From NCBI GenBank assembly GCA_047629415.1, contig JBLHWZ010000004.1, positions 1 through 61,753 on the forward strand: a stretch of DNA of 61,753 nt, given 5' to 3'. Shown in pieces: positions 39,867 to 48,729 of this stretch. The position numbers were made by a program, and so were the translations under genes. The stretch's first letter is position 1, and every line of letters begins with the position of its first letter. A model generated the notes under the pieces. It was given only the letters and a program-made list of their open reading frames with translations. It did not search any database and was not told where the DNA came from. This DNA comes from Bradymonadia bacterium (GTDB taxonomy: Bacteria > Myxococcota_A > Bradymonadia > REDH01).

Positions 39867-42863
39867 CTAGGCCTCGTTCGCGAGCTTCTCACCAATCTTG
39901 TTCGCGAGCGCCATCAGCGGCAGCATCGGGTTTCCACCCGGCGAGATCGGCATCAGCCCTGTGTCGGCAACGTAGAGGTTCTCGACGCCGTAGACCGCAC
40001 CGTCGGAATCACAAACGTGGCGGTCACGGTCTGCACCCATCGGCGTCGTGCCGAACGCATGCTGTGAGCCGGTAGTGAAGTCGGCAGGGCCGAGCTCCTC
40101 GGCGCGCAGCGCCTCGACGTCGTCGAGGTCGTAGAGGGTCTGGAACGAGCTGTTCATGCCCGTGTAGACCGTGTGCGCTCCCGAGTGGAAGAGCAGCTCG
40201 GCAGTCAGCGCCGTGGCTTCCTTCATACGCCGCGCGTCGCCCTGACCCAGGTTGTACGTGACGTCTTTGCCACCGCCGGGCAGCGCGCGAACGGAGCCGA
40301 CAGAGTCGTCTCCGCTGACCCACGCATCGAAGACCGACATGTTGCGGTAGTTGGCTAGGTGCTCCTTGTAGCGCGCCCCGATGCCCGGGAACTTCGCCGC
40401 GATGATTGGCGCGTTCACCCAGAGGGTCTCGAGCTTGATGCCCTGCTCTTCAAGGAAGTGGGTGGAGTGATAGCCCTGCGTGGCGCCCATCCAGGGATTC
40501 ACTACCTCGTCGTACTCGCCTAAGGTGTAGATTCCGGGGTGCACGCGCAGGTTCTTGCCGATCAGTTTGTTCTTGAGGCGGCTGCGCTGCATGATCACCG
40601 GAGTGCTCAAGCAACCTGCGGCGATGACCGTGGTCTTCGCTGTAATGCGGACCTTGTGCAGCTTCTTGCCCGTCTCGGGGCAGGTGGTCCAACCGACCGC
40701 ACCAGCGCAGCGATTCTCGCGCATGATGAGCTTGTGGATGTGCACCGAGGTCATGACGCGGCCGCCGTTCTCGATGAACTCCGGCACGATCGCGAAGTCG
40801 GGGCTATTCTTCGCGCCGTTCGGGCAACCTACGATGCAACGCGCCGAGCCTTTGCAGCCGGTAACCGCTCGGCGAATGGGTTCGGCGTCGATGCCCATGG
40901 CGTCTGCGCCAATCTTGAACAGCGCGTTCCGGCGACCCTGAATCTCGGGAGGCGTTGGCTCCACGCGGAAGACCTCCTCGACTTCCTCGTAGTGCCGAAG
41001 CATGTCCTCGGACGTCATCTCGACGCCGTGTTCGCGGTTCCATCGTCTCACCTGATAGTCAGGCATTCGGAGGCAGATCTGACAGTTGAAGACCGCGCCT
41101 CCGCCAAGGACCTTCGTGGTCAGCGTGGGCATGATGATGTTGCCGCGCGTTGTGCGCAGCCCGCTGTCCCAGAAGTGCTTATTGAACGTGTCGAAGATGT
41201 CCTCGGAGAACTCCGAGGGGTCGGCGACATCGCCCGCGTCGACCATGATGACGCGCTTGCCACTCTTCGCGAGCTGCCGAGCCGCCACCGCTCCACCAGG
41301 TCCGGAGCCGATGACGAGGAAGTCACAGTGCTCGTTGATGTCGCGGTCGTAGTCTGACGCCCGCTCGATACCCGGGTGATGCTTCGAGGAGGGCTCTACC
41401 TCGTCAGCGTTTTTTTTTTCGGGATTGAACGCGCTGGTCAGAACCGGCGGGAGGAACCCAGCGGGCACCGCAGCTTCCAGTTTCTTGAGCGCGCTCTTCA
41501 CGAAGCCCTTTGTCACCGAAGCGATCGGGGCGCGCTCGGCGTAGTAGCTCGCGATGACGTCCTCGAAAGACTCGAGGAAGTACTCCACCTCTTCGTCCGA
41601 CAGAACCACCGGCGGAAGGATCTTGATCGCATTGAGCGTTGCACCGGGCACCTGCACGATGATGCGCTTTTCGCGGTACAAGTCGACGTTCACGGCGGCG
41701 CCGAAGGCGGCCGGATCGGCAGCGCGCATTAGCGACTGCTGCAGTTTGAGACCCAGGTTCGCGGAGTCGCGGAAGTAGATCACCTGAAGCAGGCCTTGGC
41801 CTTCGATGCGATCGATGACGTCGTACTTCTCAGCGATGGCTTCGAGGCCGTCGCGGATGACGTGGCCGAGCTGCGTGGCGCGCGCCGGAGCATCCATCTC
41901 CTTGAGGAGGTCGATGTTCGCGAGGCCTGCAGCCATCGCCAAGTTGTTCTCGGCGAAGGTCGAAAAGTAGACAGGCCCGCTCGTGAAACCGGAGTAGATC
42001 TTGTTGTAGAGTTCCTCGGTCAGCATGAGCGCTGAGACCGGAACCGTGCCGCCCGAGAGAATCTTGGAGACCCAGAGCATGTGCGGGCGGATGCCTTTGT
42101 CGAGCGAGGCGAACCATGGACCCGTTCGGCAGAGACCAGTCTGCACTTCGTCAGCGCAGAGCAGCGTTCCGTGCTCTTCGCAGAGCCGCTCGGCTGCCTT
42201 GAGGTACTCTTCGGTCATGACGACGCCGCTCATTCCCTGAACAGGCTCAAAGAAGAAGCCAGCGACGTCGCCCTTGCTGAGCTCACGCTCCAGCTGCTCG
42301 ATGTCGTTCGGACGAATCGGCGTACACACCGGCATCAACGGCTCCATATTCTCGCGGAGCTCGGGAGAGCCGCAGATGGAGACGCCAGCGTAGGTGCGGC
42401 CGTGGAACGCGCCCTCAAGATAGAGCATACGCCGGCGGCCCGTGGCGAATCGCGCGAAGCGAATCGCGAGGTCGGTCGCCTCGGAGCCCGTGTTCGAGAA
42501 CAGGCACTTCGTGTAGCTCGGGCCGGCAATCTCAAGGAGCTGCTCGGCAAGGAGACCACTAAGAACCGGCGCGTTGACGATCGTCAGGTTCGGGATGTCC
42601 ATCTCGAGGACATCTTTCAGCGCTTGATGGATGCGCGGGTTGTTACGGCCGGTCAAAAATACGCCGCCGCCCGACAAAAGGTCGAGGTACTCGTCGCCGT
42701 CCTCGGCGACGAGGCTCGACCCTGTCGCAGACTTGTACACCGAGTTGAAGCCGCCCAGCTCGAGCAGGCTTAGCATCTTCGGGTGGACGTGCTTCTTGGC
42801 GAGGTGGTCGCTCGAAGAGATGTGCTCTTCGATGACTTGCTTCATGGACTTGCGTTCGGTCAC
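39867..42863 (-). CDS. Fusion of class III PLP aminotransferase (HpnO-like) and GMC oxidoreductase
   Basis: N-half: YLDLLSGGGVF..GRN, NTGSEA, AFHGRT, EPVQG, DEVQTG, SKILSGG (PLP Lys). C-half: VIGSGPGG, LGGGAVFN, CKGSARCIVGCPNGAK, HAFGTTPMG, NLYVAD, NPML. Confidence 0.9.
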   Translation of the reverse strand: MTERKSMKQVIEEHISSSDHLAKKHVHPKMLSLLELGGFNSVYKSATGSSLVAEDGDEYLDLLSGGGVFLTGRNNPRIHQALKDVLEMDIPNLTIVNAPVLSGLLAEQLLEIAGPSYTKCLFSNTGSEATDLAIRFARFATGRRRMLYLEGAFHGRTYAGVSICGSPELRENMEPLMPVCTPIRPNDIEQLERELSKGDVAGFFFEPVQGMSGVVMTEEYLKAAERLCEEHGTLLCADEVQTGLCRTGPWFASLDKGIRPHMLWVSKILSGGTVPVSALMLTEELYNKIYSGFTSGPVYFSTFAENNLAMAAGLANIDLLKEMDAPARATQLGHVIRDGLEAIAEKYDVIDRIEGQGLLQVIYFRDSANLGLKLQQSLMRAADPAAFGAAVNVDLYREKRIIVQVPGATLNAIKILPPVVLSDEEVEYFLESFEDVIASYYAERAPIASVTKGFVKSALKKLEAAVPAGFLPPVLTSAFNPEKKNADEVEPSSKHHPGIERASDYDRDINEHCDFLVIGSGPGGAVAARQLAKSGKRVIMVDAGDVADPSEFSEDIFDTFNKHFWDSGLRTTRGNIIMPTLTTKVLGGGAVFNCQICLRMPDYQVRRWNREHGVEMTSEDMLRHYEEVEEVFRVEPTPPEIQGRRNALFKIGADAMGIDAEPIRRAVTGCKGSARCIVGCPNGAKNSPDFAIVPEFIENGGRVMTSVHIHKLIMRENRCAGAVGWTTCPETGKKLHKVRITAKTTVIAAGCLSTPVIMQRSRLKNKLIGKNLRVHPGIYTLGEYDEVVNPWMGATQGYHSTHFLEEQGIKLETLWVNAPIIAAKFPGIGARYKEHLANYRNMSVFDAWVSGDDSVGSVRALPGGGKDVTYNLGQGDARRMKEATALTAELLFHSGAHTVYTGMNSSFQTLYDLDDVEALRAEELGPADFTTGSQHAFGTTPMGADRDRHVCDSDGAVYGVENLYVADTGLMPISPGGNPMLPLMALANKIGEKLANEA
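41409..41419 (-). other. A10 homopolymer and A_AAA_AAC slippery site at the domain junction
   Basis: mRNA CCC GAA AAA AAA AAC GCT GAC; T run at 41410-41419 on the + strand. Confidence 0.6.
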
Positions 42864-44038
42864 GCTTGGCCTTCCGTAACGGGTGGGATTCGGGGCGCGG
42901 GGTATTCCCGCTGGTATCCGTAAGGGGTGAAGGCATTTTGCCAGCGCTCCCAGACGAAGTCTTTCAAGTCTTGGTCAATCGTCAGCTTGTTCCGCTTGTA
43001 GCCCTTCAGGGACTCCACGTACTCGCCGATGACTTCGTAGTATTTCTCTTTGTCCGGCAGATCGAACTTCTCGTAGATGTCCTTCATGACGGACATCTCG
43101 TTACCGCAGAGGTCCTCGTACGCGATCTCGTAGTAGTTCTCTGGCGGGATGAGGTGCTTGTCCTCGTTCATACGTTCAAAGATGCGCTCGCCGAGCATCG
43201 CGGTCTGCTCTTGCCGCTCGCCTTCCCAGTTCTCTTCGGGAAGGTGGAAGAAGTTCTCCCAGTCCGTATGCGAGCGCATGTGCAACGTGGAAGCGAAGCA
43301 CTCGTACGGGTTGCGGTGGATGTGCACGAACTTGGCGTTCGGGTACATCTCAAGAATCATGCGGATTCTGGCTGCATGGGTGCATGACTTGATGACGACA
43401 CGCTTGCCGCCAGTCGAGATCATGACCTTTTTGATCAGGTACTCAAGTCCATCTTTCCATCGTTGGCGCTCCTTGTCGGTGCACTCGATGAAGTCGATGT
43501 ACTTGGAGTACTTCGCCATGTTGTCGGGGAACATGAACGAGACGTAGGGCGAGAGCCCGTGCAGCTTCGTCAGCGCGATTTCATCTTCAGCGGCTTCGAA
43601 CCACCCGTGTGCGACGTTGTCGTAGGTGCGCGTCTCAGTGAGCAGGCCACCGGTCAGCTTCGGAACGAACTTCTCGCCCGTTAGGAACGAGGTGGGGAAG
43701 ACGCACTGGTAGACGGTTGTGAACGTGTGGTTGGGGTCGCGGCCCAACAGATTGTGCATGTGGGTCGTGCCCGAGCGCCAGTGGCCCAGGATGAAGAGCG
43801 GCGTTGGATCCACATCCATTGCAGCGAGCTGGCGTGCGTAACGCGCGTCCTCGAAGCGGCCGAGCAACATGGACGGAAGGCTCCAGGCGCTGATCCAGGC
43901 GAAACGGTGGAAATACGTAGCGTCGATCTTCCACTTGTTGTCGTTCAGCATCTTGAGCCAGTCTTGCAGCTCGATGCCTGTGATCAACTGGTCGGTGGAC
44001 CAGCGATTTTCGACTTCCGTAACTCGGCGTTTTTCCAT
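42860..44038 (-). CDS. PAPS-dependent sulfotransferase (Sulfotransfer_3, Stf3-like)
   Basis: FILGHWRSGTTHMHNLL (5'-PSB loop), AKFVHIHRNPYECFAS (3'-PB); GTGA overlap with the downstream gene. Confidence 0.9.
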   Translation of the reverse strand: MEKRRVTEVENRWSTDQLITGIELQDWLKMLNDNKWKIDATYFHRFAWISAWSLPSMLLGRFEDARYARQLAAMDVDPTPLFILGHWRSGTTHMHNLLGRDPNHTFTTVYQCVFPTSFLTGEKFVPKLTGGLLTETRTYDNVAHGWFEAAEDEIALTKLHGLSPYVSFMFPDNMAKYSKYIDFIECTDKERQRWKDGLEYLIKKVMISTGGKRVVIKSCTHAARIRMILEMYPNAKFVHIHRNPYECFASTLHMRSHTDWENFFHLPEENWEGERQEQTAMLGERIFERMNEDKHLIPPENYYEIAYEDLCGNEMSVMKDIYEKFDLPDKEKYYEVIGEYVESLKGYKRNKLTIDQDLKDFVWERWQNAFTPYGYQREYPAPRIPPVTEGQA

Positions 44039-44107
44039 GATCTATCTCGCGCCCGTGAGGGCCGAATAGGCAGGTCCGGACTGACTCCGTGCCGCCAAGT
44101 GATGCCG

Positions 44108-44572
44108 CTAGCTGACGTCCTTAAGGGGCGACCTAAGAAGGTCCGCGTACTTCGCCAGCTCTTTCATGTGCTGCTCTGGCGTCTTCCGATCGTCAATTCC
44201 GATGCTGTGCCGAACGCCGGTGTGCTCCATATACGCGATCGAGATGATCTGCCGGAGCCCCTGAAAGGCCAGTCGCCGCGCGTACATGTCGCTCTGCTCC
44301 CAGGTCGACATGTACATCGACTGCTGGTCCTTCGTCGCTTTCACGAAGGTTGAGAAGGGGTTGAACGAGTGCACTGCGTACCACCTATCGAAGAGGTGGA
44401 AGAGGCCACGCATCTTCAGGCGTTCAGCTTGATTCAGGCTGAGCATCCATCTGTCGATTCGATGGACGACACCTGCATCAACAGCGTCTTCAGCGACCGC
44501 TCCCCCCCGGCTCAACAAGCACAGGGACAGCGCCCGGATGACCTTCTCGTCTCGTTGGGTAAGGACTCGCAT
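44108..44572 (-). CDS. Small GMC-partner protein (gluconate 2-dehydrogenase subunit 3-like)
   Basis: DAGVVHRIDRW...W EQS....RRLAFQGLRQIISIAY...IG pattern, typical of proteins preceding GMC oxidoreductases. Confidence 0.65.
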   Translation of the reverse strand: MRVLTQRDEKVIRALSLCLLSRGGAVAEDAVDAGVVHRIDRWMLSLNQAERLKMRGLFHLFDRWYAVHSFNPFSTFVKATKDQQSMYMSTWEQSDMYARRLAFQGLRQIISIAYMEHTGVRHSIGIDDRKTPEQHMKELAKYADLLRSPLKDVS

Positions 44573-44818
44573 TTGACGTCTCGCGGGGTCGGGGCAGTTG
44601 GCCCTTACACCCGATGATTGGGGTCGGCAAGCGGGGGTTTTGCGGTAAAACAGGTTCCGATATGCCGACTGATCAGTCGGTTCTGCGTGGCCGCTACGAC
44701 ACACCTCGACGAACCTTGGGGACACGGCCGAGCCCCGCTGTTCAACCTGCCTGACAAGAGGTTCCCAACACGGTCGCGTTGGCAGCCCATCTCGCGCAGA
44801 TTGGCTACAGGACAGGAA

Positions 44819-46117
44819 TCAGTCCCAGGCGTTCTGGAAACAACTTTGCTGCCTTCGTGACGCCAGCGCACCTCGGCCGCAGCTGACACTTCGCGCAGGC
44901 ATCCAAAAAGAAGAACTCCCGGTTTTCGCCGTCGCCCACGGCCACCACGTTAATGGTTTACCCTCGGGAACCCAGCATACGGGAATTCGACTTGCGGAAG
45001 TGTCTCTGAGATCCGACGCATCTAGCCGGCTCAGCGACTCTCGAAACGCGGACCCAGAAACGATTAGTGGCGAGAGAACGAGCGTTTTCCAATCGTCGAG
45101 GTAACTTTTGCTGCCTTCGGGATGGTAGAGCGTCAGCCAGGTCGACTGTCTGCCAGACCAATGGCGGATCAGCGCCGGAAGTTCTCCGACGTTGGCAGGC
45201 AAGACGACGACGGAGATGGTCACCCGGACCTCCAAGTCCTCAAACGCTTCGATCGCGGCCACGTTTTCCGCGTGGGCACCACGCAGACCGACAATGTCGT
45301 CGTGCACATCAGCGTTCTGCGACAGCAGGGTAAGCTCCACCGCCAGCGGGTTTGGAAGGGTCCGCAGCCGCTCGAGGATCGCGGGTCGCGTGGTCGCGGT
45401 CATCGGCCCACGGAATCCGACCGGCAAATCCGGTCGCGTAGCGAGGAGATCGAGGATGCGCCAAACAGTCCGGGCCTTCGAGCAGCACCTTTGTGGACGC
45501 TCCCTGGCTACCGTTCGCCTCGAGCAAGTCCGGCAAAGCGTCGACGAACGAATTCTTCGGTTTCTCCGCCAAGCCCGAAGCTCGCACCGAGGGAAACACG
45601 CAAAATGCGCAGCTCTGGTCGCACGATGCTGAGAGCCACAGGCGCACTTCGAGAGGACCTTCGACTAGGGCCAGTCGCGATTCGCCTCGGCAATCCATCG
45701 GCCCGGTCGCCCCCGTTTCGCGTCGGACTCGTAAAGATAGAGGACACTCGAAGGCTCCTCAGGTTTGTCAGAAAATGTCTCAACCTGGGGTGGTTGCGCC
45801 AGGATATGGAGGGCTTCGCTTAGCCGTCGCCCAACACGTTTGGCGAGATGCGGCTCGACGGCTCGGCAGAGCGTCGCATGGGTCGCGGCCCCCTCTGGCA
45901 GACCCGCCGGAAAGGAGAACGCCAAACCTCTCGCCCGAAATCCGGCAGGGGCGCCATCATCGAGAGCGATAAGCAGTTCGCGTCGAGTCCCTCCAGGGTC
46001 TGTGTACTTCAACCGAATCGCGGGCCGCTCACTTCGTGTCACCAGGGTTTTGGAGCCGGTCCGATAGCTTGGGGGCAACTCAAGCGGCAACCACGAAAGA
46101 TCGAGTTTGCTCGACAT
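44819..46117 (-). pseudogene. Radical SAM protein split by several frameshifts
   Basis: CDQSCAFC (CxxxCxxC) in one frame, VHDDIVGLRGAH...VVLPANVGELP...IPVC in another, CAKCQLRPRC in a third. Confidence 0.7.
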
Positions 46118-46234
46118 GACCTCACGATCCAACACTCGGCGGCACAGAGCAACGGCTGCTACGGCTCCGAACTCTCGTTGCTCTCCGCGTGTCCGTGGGC
46201 TACGAGCTTGGGACACTAACAGCCCCCTTCTAAG

Positions 46235-46495
46235 ATGCCTCGCGAACGACTGATCCAACTGCTGGACGAAGTGCAAGAAGAGCTCGACGCCGTAGACGAC
46301 AGCGAGCTTGATGCAGAGACTGCTACCAAGCTCCGCGAGGTTGGCGGCGACATCCGTGAGTGGCTCGACAACGACGAGGACAAGCGGGAGCCGAAGACGT
46401 TCCAAGACCGGCTTGGTCTCTTCGAGGCCCAGCACCCAACTCTCACGCAGATCGTCGCTTCCGTAGCGGATACGCTGGGCAAGATGGGAATCTAG
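46235..46495 (+). CDS. DUF4404 family protein
   Basis: FEAQHPTLTQIVASVADTLGKMGI C-terminal signature. Confidence 0.85.
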   Translation: MPRERLIQLLDEVQEELDAVDDSELDAETATKLREVGGDIREWLDNDEDKREPKTFQDRLGLFEAQHPTLTQIVASVADTLGKMGI

Positions 46496-46674
46496 ACGTG
46501 CTCGGTAGGGACACTCGCCTGTTCGCAGGTGCCCTCCGAATGTCGTCGTCGCCTCCGAAACGGCCGAGCGGCAATCAGCTCGCCTCCGAAACGGGCAAGC
46601 GGGGACTAGGGCCGCTTTAGCAACGCTCGACCGAGCCCATTAGTTCATCGCGCCTAACGGGAAGCTCAGGGCGC

Positions 46675-47304
46675 CTACCCGGTGAGGGTCACCAAGTGCT
46701 CCCAGTCCTCGTCCGCCAGATCGAGCTCGTTTAGAGCGTCCTCGTCGGTGCCGGGCATGACGAACGCCGCCTCGGCTTCCACGTGGTTGAAGTCGAACTG
46801 ACCAATGGCCGCGACCAGCTCCTTGAACGTGCCGCGGCGCCAGCTTGCGTCATCCTCTTCGTCGTACTCGTCGGCAATCGGGATGGGGAAGCGAGTCAGG
46901 AAGACCATCGTCACGCAAACATAGGTTTTTTCTAGCACCACGCGCTCGGCGTCGTACTCGTCCTCGACCGTATCGCCCCATGCCTCCATTCCGGTCTCGA
47001 GGTCTTGGAGCCATTCGTGGAAGCCCTCGACCGCCTTCTTTTCGCGAGTCTCGTACTCCCAGAACCCGTAGTCGATGAAGGGGCTAGCCTTTGTGAGCAG
47101 CAGTGAGAGCTTCTTATAGGTCAGCTGCCGCTCGGCCGGTGATGGTGACCCTGTGGACCCAATATGGCCGGCGATGGCGTCGTGCATCTTGCGGCGGAAA
47201 TCAGGCATGGCGTGCTCACGCACGACAACCTGCACTGCATAAAGCGCGCGGGTGACCTTCTCGTCACCACCGAACATACGCTTGAGGAATCCTCGGCGCT
47301 TCAC
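46675..47304 (-). CDS. Hypothetical protein, DUF1517-like
   Basis: N-terminal GFLKRMFGG, YVCVTMVF, acidic C-terminus; last gene of the GSP-synthase operon. The family call is tentative. Confidence 0.65.
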   Translation of the reverse strand: MKRRGFLKRMFGGDEKVTRALYAVQVVVREHAMPDFRRKMHDAIAGHIGSTGSPSPAERQLTYKKLSLLLTKASPFIDYGFWEYETREKKAVEGFHEWLQDLETGMEAWGDTVEDEYDAERVVLEKTYVCVTMVFLTRFPIPIADEYDEEDDASWRRGTFKELVAAIGQFDFNHVEAEAAFVMPGTDEDALNELDLADEDWEHLVTLTG

Positions 47305-47340
47305 GTGTTACTCCGATTCAGGGCGTTCGCGGCGAGTGAC

Positions 47341-48597
47341 TCAGCCAGAGACGCCGCTGGAGTAGCGGCCGTAGGAGCCGGATCTCATGTTCGCGACGCC
47401 GCCACCGCGTGAGGTCCCATGCGTGATACGGCCAAAGCCTGTCGGCCGGGTTCGGCCCACGCCGCTCGCGGCGCTGCCAGTGGTGCGACTGCTGAACATC
47501 GTCTGCCGCGCTCGGGGCGTGTAGCCACTGGGCCGCGCACGTCCCGGCGAGGAGCCTGTTCGAGGCATCCGGTAGCGTCCGCCCGGGATGAACAGGAAAA
47601 ACATGTGGTGTCGGTAGAAGTGGCCGTGAGAGCTGCTGCTTCCGCCGTAGTAGTAGCCACCACCCTTATCGTCGTCTTCTTCGGGGTCCTGTGCGAACTG
47701 GTCCAGACTCACGTTCGCGACTTCCATGCCCTTCGAGTAGTCTACGAAGGCGTCGTTGAGATCGTCGGCCTCGGCGGATGAGTCGCTCGCCGTCACGTAG
47801 ATCACTTTGGTGATCCCCAGCGCGCGGGCTTGTTCGGCTGAGGGGACTTCGGCCATGTAGCGGTTGTCGAACTCGGTGGTCGCGTCCCGATAAGGGGTGA
47901 GCCGGGTCGAATCCAAGACGATGACCTTAGCCTTCGCGGCCTCGCGTGCGGTCTGAGCGGCCTCGAGTTCAGCCGCGTAGTAGAGAGTCGAGGCCAGGGC
48001 GAGCTCGGACTTCACGACGCCGCGGGGGTGCGGCCAATTGTCCATCCAGAACACTGGCTCGGCGAAGTTGGCGAGCCCTGCTGCGCAGGCGACAGCGTCC
48101 TTGCCCGGCAGATCGATGATCAGCAAGGCCTGCTCTGGGTTCTCCGCCGAGTCGATCAGTTCGCCAAGCGCCCGGCCGATGCCATAGGCTCGGGTCATCT
48201 CGTCGTCGCTGATCGGCTGAATCCCGTCAGCGAGCGTCGGCTGCGCGAGCGCCTGGTAGAGCGCTGGCGACTCGTGACTGCGCCACGCCTCTGTGGTCGG
48301 GCGCACCGCCGCGAGCATTGCCTCGGGAGTTTTCCGTTCCGCCCAGTCGGTATTGCCGAGGCTATCCTCCGACACGGTTGGAGCCACCGAGATGGTCTCG
48401 GCGTCGTAGCCGACATTCCATCCGTGCTGTTCCTGAAGCTGCCGAGCATCCGACTCGACGTCACTGTCCGACTTGTCGCAGGACGCAGACGCGATCGCGC
48501 CGCCAGCTGCTGCGACGGTCAATGCTGTTACTGCGGTTCGCTGGTTCGCCTCACGGCGATTCAGCATATCCTTCCACCACGATGCGCTCTTACTCAT
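47341..48597 (-). CDS. Exported (Tat/lipoprotein-like) protein with Gly/Arg/Ser-rich tail
   Basis: LNRREAN, hydrophobic stretch, ASASC; C-terminal ...GFGR...RGGG...RSGSYGRYSSGVSG. Confidence 0.75.
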   Translation of the reverse strand: MSKSASWWKDMLNRREANQRTAVTALTVAAAGGAIASASCDKSDSDVESDARQLQEQHGWNVGYDAETISVAPTVSEDSLGNTDWAERKTPEAMLAAVRPTTEAWRSHESPALYQALAQPTLADGIQPISDDEMTRAYGIGRALGELIDSAENPEQALLIIDLPGKDAVACAAGLANFAEPVFWMDNWPHPRGVVKSELALASTLYYAAELEAAQTAREAAKAKVIVLDSTRLTPYRDATTEFDNRYMAEVPSAEQARALGITKVIYVTASDSSAEADDLNDAFVDYSKGMEVANVSLDQFAQDPEEDDDKGGGYYYGGSSSSHGHFYRHHMFFLFIPGGRYRMPRTGSSPGRARPSGYTPRARQTMFSSRTTGSAASGVGRTRPTGFGRITHGTSRGGGVANMRSGSYGRYSSGVSG

Positions 48598-48729
48598 ATC
48601 TCGGTTCGTCCATTGGGGTCGGGGTTGAATAAGCTGCCCAAGCGTCGCTGACAACGCAAGTCATTCCTGGAAGAATGATTCGGCTTGGTGCGAAGTGACG
48701 CAAAGAGGCTAGCGGTGGGCCTCCACGGC

